Shown here: positions 22,716 to 29,745 of the stretch, in pieces
Layout of the letters: every line of letters begins with the position of its first letter
How positions within the stretch are numbered: position 1 is the stretch's first letter
From: a virus
DNA length: 33,749 bases
Reading direction: 5' to 3' (one strand)
IMG/VR virus record: IMGVR_UViG_3300010389_000062
Translations under genes and position numbers: made by a program
Notes under the pieces: model-generated
Databases searched by the model: none
Told to the model about the DNA's origin: nothing
The model's input: the letters and a program-made list of their open reading frames with translations, nothing else

Positions 22716-22804
22716 CGCTTCCTCCCATTAGCGCCGTCCCAGATAAACCAAAGGACTGCGAACAGGCAGGCAGTGGTGATTGCGTACATCAGAAAGTCAG
22801 CCAT
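22712..22804 (-). CDS. Unannotated 30-aa single-TM miniprotein
   Basis: Hand translation gives MADFLMYAITTACLFAVLWFIWDGANGRKR. Its ATG overlaps the upstream stop (ATGGCTGA) and its stop overlaps the downstream ATG (ATGA). It fills an otherwise unexplained 80-nt gap. Confidence 0.45.
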   Translation of the reverse strand: MADFLMYAITTACLFAVLWFIWDGANGRKR

Positions 22805-23117
22805 TGGAATCCTTTAGTGCTTCGCGGATTGTGTTGCACTGATCAGCAGTCAGCTTTACTCCCGAGGTGCCGTAACACTCAAGCAGCTTGTACGCCTGCT
22901 TCTTCAAGCTCGGCGGCTTCGGGCGGCGGGCGGCGCGGAGCTTGTCTGCGGTTTCAACGTCTGTCCAGTTACGAACTAACCAAGCGATGCACGCCTCCAG
23001 CTCCTGGTCTGCGCCCCATTGGGCGGCGCGATTGCAAAGATTCTGCGTTGCCAGGCTTTCGCTGGCCCACTGCTGCACCAGCTCAGGCGGTGGGGTGATG
23101 GTGGGGTGGTCAGTCAT
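22797..23117 (-). CDS. Hypothetical protein
   Basis: 106 aa (MTDHPTITPPPELVQQWASESL...). Coupled start and stop. Confidence 0.6.
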   Translation of the reverse strand: MTDHPTITPPPELVQQWASESLATQNLCNRAAQWGADQELEACIAWLVRNWTDVETADKLRAARRPKPPSLKKQAYKLLECYGTSGVKLTADQCNTIREALKDSNG

Positions 23118-23260
23118 TGAAATCTCTCCGTGGGGGTGGTGGGCTCCGCGTCGAGCTTCCTCAGCTCAGCGCGGATGTTGGCAGCCATGAACCGATTCCC
23201 ATGGCGCTCGGCGATTTCGAGCGCCTTCAAGTAGCGCTCTCGGCGGGATGGCTCAGGCAT
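23114..23260 (-). CDS. Unannotated 48-aa protein
   Basis: Hand translation gives MPEPSRRERYLKALEIAERHGNRFMAANIRAELRKLDAEPTTPTERFQ. Its ATG overlaps the upstream stop (ATGCCTGA) and its stop overlaps the downstream ATG (ATGA). The C-terminus is paralogous to that of 22494..22715. Confidence 0.5.
   Translation of the reverse strand: MPEPSRRERYLKALEIAERHGNRFMAANIRAELRKLDAEPTTPTERFQ
23124..23141 (-). repeat. 18-nt exact repeat, copy 2
   Basis: Identical to 22510..22527. It ends 6 nt before the ATG at 23117. Confidence 0.9.
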
Positions 23261-23681
23261 TGAATCTTTGCGGGTGGGCATGGCGGATGCCGTGGCATGG
23301 CTTGCAGAGCGGCACTACATCGAGCCAATGCTCTCGCTCATAGCTGTGGTGATGAAGCACGGCAGCTGGCCGCCCGCAGTCTTGACATTCACATGCCGAT
23401 GCCGGCGCCAGTTCGCCGCGCTTGACAGCCCTATGCACTGCCTTGCTGGCGTTGACCTTATGGCGGTTGGCGGCCGCCCATTGAGCATTAGCCTCCCGGC
23501 GATGAGGCTGCTTGCTTCTAGCTCGCTCGCGCTCCAGGACAATCGGATTCCCCGTTGAATAACGGCGGATGCGATCCCTTGTGCATTCCTTGCAAATGTT
23601 CAGATGGCCGTCTGCCATTCTGGGGTGAACATAAAAGGCGGAAAGCTCTAAAAGCATTCCGCACTTGCGACAAGACTTCAT
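23253..23681 (-). CDS. Zinc-ribbon/HNH-like nuclease-family protein
   Basis: 142 aa. CRKCG....FYVHPRMADGHLNICKEC at the N-terminus and CQDCGRPAAVLHHHSYEREHWLDVVPLCKPCHGIRH at the C-terminus, a common phage HNH-like architecture. Confidence 0.5.
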   Translation of the reverse strand: MKSCRKCGMLLELSAFYVHPRMADGHLNICKECTRDRIRRYSTGNPIVLERERARSKQPHRREANAQWAAANRHKVNASKAVHRAVKRGELAPASACECQDCGRPAAVLHHHSYEREHWLDVVPLCKPCHGIRHAHPQRFNA

Positions 23682-23684
23682 GGC

Positions 23685-23978
23685 TCAAAACGGGATCGAA
23701 TCGTCGTCAGCAGGCGCCTGCTGCTGTTGCTCCTGCGGGATGCTGATCTTCCCGTTCAGATAGCTCTTGCCGCCCTTGCTGGTGGCCTTCCAGCCAGCGA
23801 TGCGCAGTTTGATCACATCCTCATCGCGCCAGTTGCTCTCAGGCTGTGTGCCGAGGTGAGCCACCAGTGCGTCAATGTCAGCGACGGGGATCTCAATCGT
23901 GCCGCTGTAGTCAGGGCTCCGATCGGAGCGCTTCTCCTGCGTGGGGAACAGGCTGAATGATGCGTTGAGTTCGGACAT
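23685..23978 (-). CDS. DUF736-like protein with an SSB-type acidic C-terminal tip (putative non-canonical ssDNA-binding protein)
   Basis: The start is the ATG at 23978 (MSELNASFSLFP...), 97 aa. The core SPDYSGTIEIP...IKLRIAGWKATSKGGKSYLNGKISIP resembles DUF736. A Gln-rich linker is followed by ...PADDDSIPF (compare E. coli SSB ...DDDIPF). Confidence 0.55.
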   Translation of the reverse strand: MSELNASFSLFPTQEKRSDRSPDYSGTIEIPVADIDALVAHLGTQPESNWRDEDVIKLRIAGWKATSKGGKSYLNGKISIPQEQQQQAPADDDSIPF

Positions 23979-23979
23979 G

Positions 23980-24663
23980 TCAGTTCTTGGTGGTGAGTTC
24001 AGTTTCACGATCGAGCATCAGCTGCAGGAGGGCCTGCTGCTCTTCGTCGGTGAGATCGCCGGCTTCATGCCGGGCGACAAGGCGCTGGCCGACAGCCTCC
24101 AGCTGCTGAGGCGTGGAGGCACCACGGATGGCCTTCATGCCGGCCAGCATGAACTTGGAGGCGGCTTTGGTGTCATCATCCTCAGGCTCATCCTTGGCGG
24201 GCTTCTGCGGCTTGCTGGTGGCCGCTGGCGCGGGCTCAGCCTTGGCGTCCTCGAGCTCCTGCTTTGCCCAGAGCTCATAGCCCAGGCTGAAGTGGAACGC
24301 GGCGGCAGCGCACAAGGCGCGGCGGTGCGTGTCGGTCAGGACCCTGGCGCTGATCTTGTCGAACGGGATGGGATTGTTCCGGTGATCCATGCACGGGAAC
24401 GGGAAGTCGCTGGTGATGAATCCGTCAGGACCGGTGAAGTATCCGAGCAGGTAGCCCGTGCCGTCCGGGGCCTTGTGGATCTGACCGCCACCTTCGACGG
24501 GCCTGAGGTGGAAGTCCCAGCCTGGTGCGTGCTCGTGGAGCAGCTGAGCGATGCGAGCCCAGGGCACGTAGCTGGCGGCATAGCTGCCGGTGCCCTTGGT
24601 GTAGACGTCATCTTTGCGGATGACGCCCGCCAGGTTCGGCGGTGAGGTGATCTGTTCTGTCAT
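23980..24663 (-). CDS. Single-strand annealing protein, Sak/Rad52-like (DUF1071-type)
   Basis: 227 aa. The SYAASYVPWARIAQLLHEHAPGWDF motif and an acidic/Lys-rich C-terminal half are present. It lies between the exonuclease and SSB-like genes. Confidence 0.6.
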   Translation of the reverse strand: MTEQITSPPNLAGVIRKDDVYTKGTGSYAASYVPWARIAQLLHEHAPGWDFHLRPVEGGGQIHKAPDGTGYLLGYFTGPDGFITSDFPFPCMDHRNNPIPFDKISARVLTDTHRRALCAAAAFHFSLGYELWAKQELEDAKAEPAPAATSKPQKPAKDEPEDDDTKAASKFMLAGMKAIRGASTPQQLEAVGQRLVARHEAGDLTDEEQQALLQLMLDRETELTTKN

Positions 24664-25469
24664 TAGAAGTCAATCGGGGTGATGGTGTCGCTGCCGTAGG
24701 ACCAGGCTGGCAGCGAGAGGATCTGCAACTCGTCTCCGTAGCCGGGCCATGCTGCCATAGCGCGGCAGTTGGCGATGCGCTGCAGGTCGCGGTCACGGAG
24801 GCGCTGCCCCTCCGTCAAGGCATCGGCGTCGAGCTGGTAGCAAGCCACGGCATAGGGCGGCTCCTTCTCCACGGCGATGAAGATGAAGCGATCGAACAAG
24901 CCACACGCCAGGTAGTGGGCATCCTGGACGTGGTAGCGGAAGCTGGCCACGCTCCTGGCGAAGCCCTTGGGGCTGGCGTCGGTGGTGGTCTTGAGGTCGA
25001 CGCAGATGCCGTCGTTGATCCAGTCAGGGCGACACTTGCAGCGCAGCCCTGTCTCAGGATCATCCCACCAGATCGACGCCTCCGCCTTGCCAGCGCTCAG
25101 CAGCTCTGCCGCGTAGGGATGGCGGCGCACGGCACTAGCCATGCGCTGCGCCTGCTGCAGATCTGACTCGCTTACGGGCTCGATGCCGTTGGCCTGCATT
25201 TCAGCCGCTGCCTCCTTGCCGGCCTTGGTTCGGCGATCAGGAGCGATGCCGTAGCGCTTCATCAGCTGGTCGGGCTCGAGCACGGCGCAATGCACCAGGC
25301 TGCCCATGGTCATGGCGGCGGTGGATTTCGGCAGCTCTGGCACTTTGGTCACGTACCTAGCCCAGTAGTGCTGGCCGGATCGCGCGACCTGATGCAAGTG
25401 GCTGGCGCTGACCGCAGGATCGGCGTGATACTCCTCATTGCTGAGGTGATCGATGATGGCGCGGTTCAT
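24663..25469 (-). CDS. PD-(D/E)XK exonuclease, RecE C-terminal/DUF3799-like
   Basis: The start is the ATG at 25469 (MNRAIIDHLSNEEYH). Motifs GSLVHCAVLEP, CRPDWINDGICVDLKTTTDASP and FRYHVQDAHY. TAATG coupling to the annealase. Confidence 0.75.
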   Translation of the reverse strand: MNRAIIDHLSNEEYHADPAVSASHLHQVARSGQHYWARYVTKVPELPKSTAAMTMGSLVHCAVLEPDQLMKRYGIAPDRRTKAGKEAAAEMQANGIEPVSESDLQQAQRMASAVRRHPYAAELLSAGKAEASIWWDDPETGLRCKCRPDWINDGICVDLKTTTDASPKGFARSVASFRYHVQDAHYLACGLFDRFIFIAVEKEPPYAVACYQLDADALTEGQRLRDRDLQRIANCRAMAAWPGYGDELQILSLPAWSYGSDTITPIDF

Positions 25470-25630
25470 CGTGCTACCCACTCTCCGCACCAGCGGCTTA
25501 TAGGGCAGATGGGCATCATCCCGGAATCACCGAGGCGTGGCGGTTTGATGCAGCAGAGGTTTTCGCCACGGCGGTGGCGCTGGTAGCGGCAGTTGTCGCA
25601 GTTCTGCTGCTCAAGGGGTGGGTTGTTCAT
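25466..25630 (-). CDS. Unannotated 54-aa Cys-rich protein
   Basis: Hand translation gives MNNPPLEQQNCDNCRYQRHRRGENLCCIKPPRLGDSGMMPICPISRWCGEWVAR. ATGA overlaps at both ends. Confidence 0.5.
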   Translation of the reverse strand: MNNPPLEQQNCDNCRYQRHRRGENLCCIKPPRLGDSGMMPICPISRWCGEWVAR

Positions 25631-25908
25631 TGGGTAACCTCTGTGGGGTCGGCGGCGGATACCGGGGTGGTGGCGTCGCTGGCCCTTTTCTTGTCGCGGC
25701 GGCTCTTGTGGCGATCCAGGATGTCGTCGAGGGGATTGGCTGACAGCCGCAGCTTGCTCTCCAGGGTGGTCACGCCATCGCGCTGGACCCAGTAATGCGG
25801 GAAGGGTGACTCCAGGTAGGAGCCCATCCCGATGACCTCACGCCAGTTGGCACGACGGCCCATGTAGTAGACAATCTGACCGTTTTGGAAGTTAGGTGAA
25901 TGGCCCAT
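25627..25908 (-). CDS. Hypothetical protein
   Basis: The ATG at 25908 (MGHSPNFQNGQIVYYMGRR...), 93 aa, is preferred over 25941 because it limits the overlap with the upstream 57-aa ORF to 17 nt. Confidence 0.55.
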   Translation of the reverse strand: MGHSPNFQNGQIVYYMGRRANWREVIGMGSYLESPFPHYWVQRDGVTTLESKLRLSANPLDDILDRHKSRRDKKRASDATTPVSAADPTEVTQ

Positions 25909-26065
25909 AGTGCTTGTCCTCTGTGTGATGCAGCCACTCAATCTGATCCCAGTACGGGAGCCATTCAGCGGCTGCGATTTGCTTTGCTTCTACGAATGAT
26001 TCAGCGCGGATGCACTCAAAGACATTCGCTTCGGGAATGGCAAAGTAGAACCGTTTCAGCGTCAT
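25892..26065 (-). CDS. Unannotated 57-aa protein
   Basis: Hand translation gives MTLKRFYFAIPEANVFECIRAESFVEAKQIAAAEWLPYWDQIEWLHHTEDKHYGPFT. ATGA overlap with the upstream stop. The composition looks globular. Confidence 0.5.
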   Translation of the reverse strand: MTLKRFYFAIPEANVFECIRAESFVEAKQIAAAEWLPYWDQIEWLHHTEDKHYGPFT

Positions 26066-26358
26066 GCGAACCCGACCCCCGAACTGCGGGATTGATGTTG
26101 GGGTTGCCGTGGTCGAACAGCACGAGGGCGATCGTTGCCGTGGGGAGCAGGAAGAGCAGGATGCGGGTCAGCATGGAGAGCAGGGGCGATGGTGGGCAGT
26201 GCGGCAGGCAGCCGCGTCAGGCTGGCGTTGAGCTGATGGATGGCGGTGCCGAGCGTGTGGCCGGCGGCGTAGAAGGCCACGGCCACCAGGGCCACGGCTG
26301 AGATGATGCGCTTGATCTGGAGGCCCAGGGCCTCATCGGAGGGGATCTTGAGATTCAT
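26062..26358 (-). CDS. Hypothetical membrane protein
   Basis: 98 aa with a TM-like segment IISAVALVAVAFYAAGHTLG. The C-terminal half is a Pro/Ala/Arg-rich low-complexity region, so the 3' part is uncertain. It is the first gene after the 264-nt intergenic region. Confidence 0.45.
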   Translation of the reverse strand: MNLKIPSDEALGLQIKRIISAVALVAVAFYAAGHTLGTAIHQLNASLTRLPAALPTIAPALHADPHPALPAPHGNDRPRAVRPRQPQHQSRSSGVGFA

Positions 26359-26459
26359 GGGGGTGGTGGTGAAAGGGGTGGGGGATCGCAGCTCCCCCGG
26401 GCTGACCCTTCTCTTGTCCAGGGCGGAGAATCCGGCGCTCGTTATCCGGCTTGTGGCGT

Positions 26460-26479
26460 GACCCCAACCTAGGGCCAGA
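26460..26479 (-). promoter_or_regulatory. Shared 20-nt intergenic motif, copy 1 (candidate leftward promoter/operator)
   Basis: The minus strand reads TCTGGCCCTAGGTTGGGGTC, 16/20 identical to the motif at 29706..29725. It lies in the AT-richer 264-nt gap 26359..26622, next to small hairpins (26553-26571 ATCACCA/TGGTGAT). Confidence 0.3.
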
Positions 26480-26622
26480 CTGTGCCCTGATTGGGCAGTG
26501 TTGGCAATTTGTAATAATCGAGGACTTACACGAAGGGCTGTCGCTCAGAACAGATCACCAGGTCTTGGTGATGGTGTAGTGATGCGGCCGTTTCCGGTGC
26601 CGCACCCTTGATGCCTCGGTGG

Positions 26623-27585
26623 TCAGAGGAGCAGCTCTACCTGGTCGACGTCATTCTCCGACACTGCCGTTGACTCCAGGTTCCGCACTGCCTGGCGGTA
26701 GTAGCTGGGCTTGAGCTCGATGCCTACGCCACGGCGGCCAGCCTGCACAGCGCCGTAGACCTCGCTGCCGACCCCCATGAACGGCGTGAGCACTGTCTCT
26801 CCCGGGTTGCTCCACATCACCACCGCTCGATGGATCACGTCCAACTGGAGCGGATGCACGTGCTTCTCGTCGTCATCGTCTTTGGCGCTGCGGAACTGCA
26901 GCACGTTGTCGATCCTGATGTCATCCCACACGCTTGAGGCGTACTGCCGCCAGATCCATTGGCTGTACTGGTTTTTCTTCTGATCGCCTTTCATTCCGCG
27001 AAACCCATTCAGATCGGCTGGCACGTTGCGCTCACCGCTGTAGTGCATCAGCCCGACCTCATGCACCACCGGCACGGGATTTTCGCCTTTGCGGCGGAAC
27101 ATCAGCAGGTAATCAGCATTGGCAATGCTGTTGCGGGTGGAGTCTTCGCACAGGGTCTTGTGATGCAAGCTCTTCATCATCGTGCGGTTGCGCACCAGGA
27201 GCGGTTCTTTCCAGATCACGCGGCGGCCACCATAGGCGAACCCTCGGGCCTTGTGCTCGCGGATGATCCGGCCAGGCAGGTCGAACATCGCGTCACAGCC
27301 GGCGTTGCTCAGCGGAATGTCCATGCAATGGACCGCTGAGATCCTGCCCGGCATTGTGATTCGAGAGATTTCGTCAATGCAGAATCCGTAATGATCAAAG
27401 AACTCGTCATAGTTCAGGCAATTAGACATGTCCCGATCGTCGCTGCTGTACTGATACAGGCCGGCGAACGGAGGGGAATAAACAGTGAGATGCACCGACG
27501 CATCAGGCAATTTTTGCATTACCTCCACACAATCGCCGTTATAAATTGCGTAGTTGTCGGTGATCAGTTGATCCTTTACAGCCAT
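26623..27585 (-). CDS. DNA methyltransferase, beta-class N6A/N4C family (SPPF motif IV)
   Basis: 320 aa. Motif IV is LTVYSPPF near the N-terminus and motif I is LTPFMGVGSEVYGA near the C-terminus (N6_N4_Mtase order). The start overlaps the helicase stop by 10 nt. Confidence 0.85.
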   Translation of the reverse strand: MAVKDQLITDNYAIYNGDCVEVMQKLPDASVHLTVYSPPFAGLYQYSSDDRDMSNCLNYDEFFDHYGFCIDEISRITMPGRISAVHCMDIPLSNAGCDAMFDLPGRIIREHKARGFAYGGRRVIWKEPLLVRNRTMMKSLHHKTLCEDSTRNSIANADYLLMFRRKGENPVPVVHEVGLMHYSGERNVPADLNGFRGMKGDQKKNQYSQWIWRQYASSVWDDIRIDNVLQFRSAKDDDDEKHVHPLQLDVIHRAVVMWSNPGETVLTPFMGVGSEVYGAVQAGRRGVGIELKPSYYRQAVRNLESTAVSENDVDQVELLL

Positions 27586-29009
27586 TGGGGAACCTTTGCG
27601 TTGTTTGTGTAAAGATTGGTGCGTTTGATCGTAGTAGCGTCATTCATTTGTGCCACTAGCTGCTCAAACATTGCGGATGCACGCTCAGCCTTTGAGCGCA
27701 TATTGGCCAGCACCCTGGCCTCTCCTTCGGTGGCGATCACGTCAACAGCAACCGGTCGCTTTTGGCCGAACCGCCAGCAACGACGAACCGATTGGTAATG
27801 CTGCTCATAGCTGTGGCTGGCAAATGTCACCACGTGGGCGCAATGCTGCCAGTTCAGGCCCCATGCGCCGATCTTGGGTTTGATCACTAGCACCCGCTGA
27901 CGGCCGCTGCCAAAAGCCTCGTACAGTTCCACCTTTCGTTCATCCGGTGTGCGGCCAGCAACCTGAGCAGCATCAGGGATGAGCTGTTCCAGTAGATCAC
28001 CCTCAGCATTGGTGTGGCACCAAATCACAGCCGGCTGATCATGATCAACCAGCCGGGCTGCATATTCACAACGCTCCTGAATGGTGCGTTTGCGTTCTTC
28101 GCGTTCTTCGCCAAGGCCAAACGCTGGAATTGAAAACAGCATTCCTTCAGCCGGTGGCGCAGCGATAACGTGGTCGTTTTCCGTCAGCAAAGGCAGAACA
28201 AACTTGTCATCACTGAAGCCAAGGTCTGACGGCTTGCGGCAGGCGCGCGCCCAACTTGCAACCCATTGCCAAAAGTGATCGCGGGCGTGATGCTTCAGGC
28301 GCCATTGGCCGATTGTTTGAGAGACGCGAAACGCCAGCTTTTTGTAATAGTTGGCATTTGCTTCGACCATTGCCTCTGCTGATCTTTGCAACCGTTCCTC
28401 GCGCTTCTGGCCTTTATCGTCGAGCTGCGCAAAGAACCGGCGGAGCATGTCGCTGTAACTCAGTTCACCGAGCGCTTCGGATGAGTTGCCAAGCTCGGTG
28501 TAATCGTTTGGCGCAGCCGTTGCAGTGCACAGCAGCCGATAAGGCATCTTTGACATAAAGCGAGTGATCGCCTTTCTAGTGGAGCCATTGAACGACTTCA
28601 AAATGCTCGACTCATCGCAGACCACACCGGCAAAGTCGGCAGGGTTGAACGCTGACAGCCGCTCGTAGTTGGTGATTACGATCCGCCCAGGGACGCTGCC
28701 ATCGCTGGAGCGGTGGCATTCAATCCCGAACTTCTCACCTTCGCGGATGGTCTGCGCAGCCACGGCCAGCGGCGTCAAGATCAGCACTGGCTGGTCGGTG
28801 TGCTGCGCCACGTTCTGAGCCCAGGTGAGCTGCATGGCGGTCTTGCCGAGCCCGCAGTCAGCAAAGATCGCGGCGCGACCCTTCCGCACTGCCCATTGAA
28901 CGAGGGCCTGCTGGAAGTCGAACAGCTGATCGGGCATGAACACCGGCTCGAAGCCGTGGTCGGCTCCCGTGTGGAGCTTGCGCTCCAAAAACTCCTGATA
29001 GTCGTCCAT
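27576..29009 (-). CDS. SNF2/DEAD-like superfamily 2 helicase
   Basis: The start is the ATG at 29009 (MDDYQEFLERKL), 477 aa. Motif I FADCGLGKT, motif II VVCDESS, motif III LLCTATAAPND, motif VI QSVRRCWRFGQKRPV. Confidence 0.85.
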   Translation of the reverse strand: MDDYQEFLERKLHTGADHGFEPVFMPDQLFDFQQALVQWAVRKGRAAIFADCGLGKTAMQLTWAQNVAQHTDQPVLILTPLAVAAQTIREGEKFGIECHRSSDGSVPGRIVITNYERLSAFNPADFAGVVCDESSILKSFNGSTRKAITRFMSKMPYRLLCTATAAPNDYTELGNSSEALGELSYSDMLRRFFAQLDDKGQKREERLQRSAEAMVEANANYYKKLAFRVSQTIGQWRLKHHARDHFWQWVASWARACRKPSDLGFSDDKFVLPLLTENDHVIAAPPAEGMLFSIPAFGLGEEREERKRTIQERCEYAARLVDHDQPAVIWCHTNAEGDLLEQLIPDAAQVAGRTPDERKVELYEAFGSGRQRVLVIKPKIGAWGLNWQHCAHVVTFASHSYEQHYQSVRRCWRFGQKRPVAVDVIATEGEARVLANMRSKAERASAMFEQLVAQMNDATTIKRTNLYTNNAKVPQWL

Positions 29010-29059
29010 ATGGCGTGAGGGTGGTGGTGATGCCGGATAGGCTCCGGCGGGCCGTGGGG

Positions 29060-29206
29060 TCAATCCTCCTCGATCTCCAGGTCGTTGATCAGATCGTTGA
29101 GGTGATCCCAGAACGGGTAATCCTCCCGCTCCTCCTCGGTGGTCAGCTCGTGGAGCTGGGCGGCGAGGGCGAACAGCTGCTGACGGCGTGTCATGGTGCG
29201 CTCCAT
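29060..29206 (-). CDS. Unannotated small acidic protein (44-48 aa)
   Basis: Hand translation gives (MERT)MTRRQQLFALAAQLHELTTEEEREDYPFWDHLNDLINDLEIEED. The ATG is at 29206 (1 nt after the upstream stop) or at 29194. Track ORF 29015..29245 (+) is its antisense. Confidence 0.45.
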   Translation of the reverse strand: MERTMTRRQQLFALAAQLHELTTEEEREDYPFWDHLNDLINDLEIEED

Positions 29207-29207
29207 C

Positions 29208-29408
29208 TCAGGCGACAAAGAAGCCGTCTTCGTCGTCCCAGCTGATCAAGCTGGGCCAGTCCGGCATGTTGGGGTCGTAGGCCTCTTGCAGCACGGGGCG
29301 CAGCTCATCGGTGGTGACCCGGATGGTGCCGCCTTCGCAGCTCCAGTCGTGGAAGCCGCAGCCGATAGAGGTGGAGGCGAGCAGTTTGTCAGGGGTGATG
29401 GCAGTCAT
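29208..29408 (-). CDS. Hypothetical small protein
   Basis: ATG at 29408 (MTAITPDKLLASTSIGCGFHDWSCEGG...), 66 aa, preceded by CACCACCCCCACAAGCCA. The track extension to 29480 is His/Pro junk. Confidence 0.55.
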   Translation of the reverse strand: MTAITPDKLLASTSIGCGFHDWSCEGGTIRVTTDELRPVLQEAYDPNMPDWPSLISWDDEDGFFVA

Positions 29409-29463
29409 TGGCTTGTGGGGGTGGTGATGGTTGCCGGGATGCGCTCCCGGCGATCGGTGTGGG

Positions 29464-29673
29464 TCAGAAGGAAGCAGCAATCACGAACTGTCCGGTTTTG
29501 GCGGAGCGATAGATCATGGAGCGGATGTCCTTGCGCTGGCGCCCGGTGCGAGCGCTGAAGCCTTCCCAGATGGTGCCGTCGAAGCCCTGGCGTGTGATGT
29601 GAGCGCGGAGGTTGCTGAGCTCGGCGGTGTTTTCGGTGAGGGTGAAAGTGCGGCCGTTGATGGTGGCGGTCAT
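29464..29673 (-). CDS. Hypothetical small protein
   Basis: 69 aa (MTATINGRTFTLTENTAELSNLRAHITRQGFDGTIWEG...), preceded by CACCACCCCACAAGCTC. Confidence 0.6.
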   Translation of the reverse strand: MTATINGRTFTLTENTAELSNLRAHITRQGFDGTIWEGFSARTGRQRKDIRSMIYRSAKTGQFVIAASF

Positions 29674-29705
29674 GAGCTTGTGGGGTGGTGAGGCCTGTTG
29701 GCCAT

Positions 29706-29725
29706 GGACCCAATATAGGGCCAGA
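29706..29725 (-). promoter_or_regulatory. Shared 20-nt intergenic motif, copy 2 (candidate leftward promoter/operator)
   Basis: The minus strand reads TCTGGCCCTATATTGGGTCC and contains the -10-like TATATT. It lies 33 nt upstream of the ATG at 29673. Confidence 0.3.
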
Positions 29726-29745
29726 TCAGCCCCAACCGTGGAGCG

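Noticed and set aside
23941-24645. 234-aa plus-strand ORF opposite the Sak-like annealase
   Set aside because: Antisense artefact. The product is a Gly/Leu/Arg-rich low-complexity sequence, and the minus-strand gene fits the exo-annealase-SSB module.
26020-26174. Alternative 52-aa TM-like ORF (MLTRILLFLLPTATIALVLF...) in another minus-strand frame within 26062..26358
   Set aside because: It would overlap the well-coupled 57-aa ORF by about 45 nt and lacks coupling. The low-complexity C-terminal half of the 98-aa ORF means the true frame here remains uncertain.
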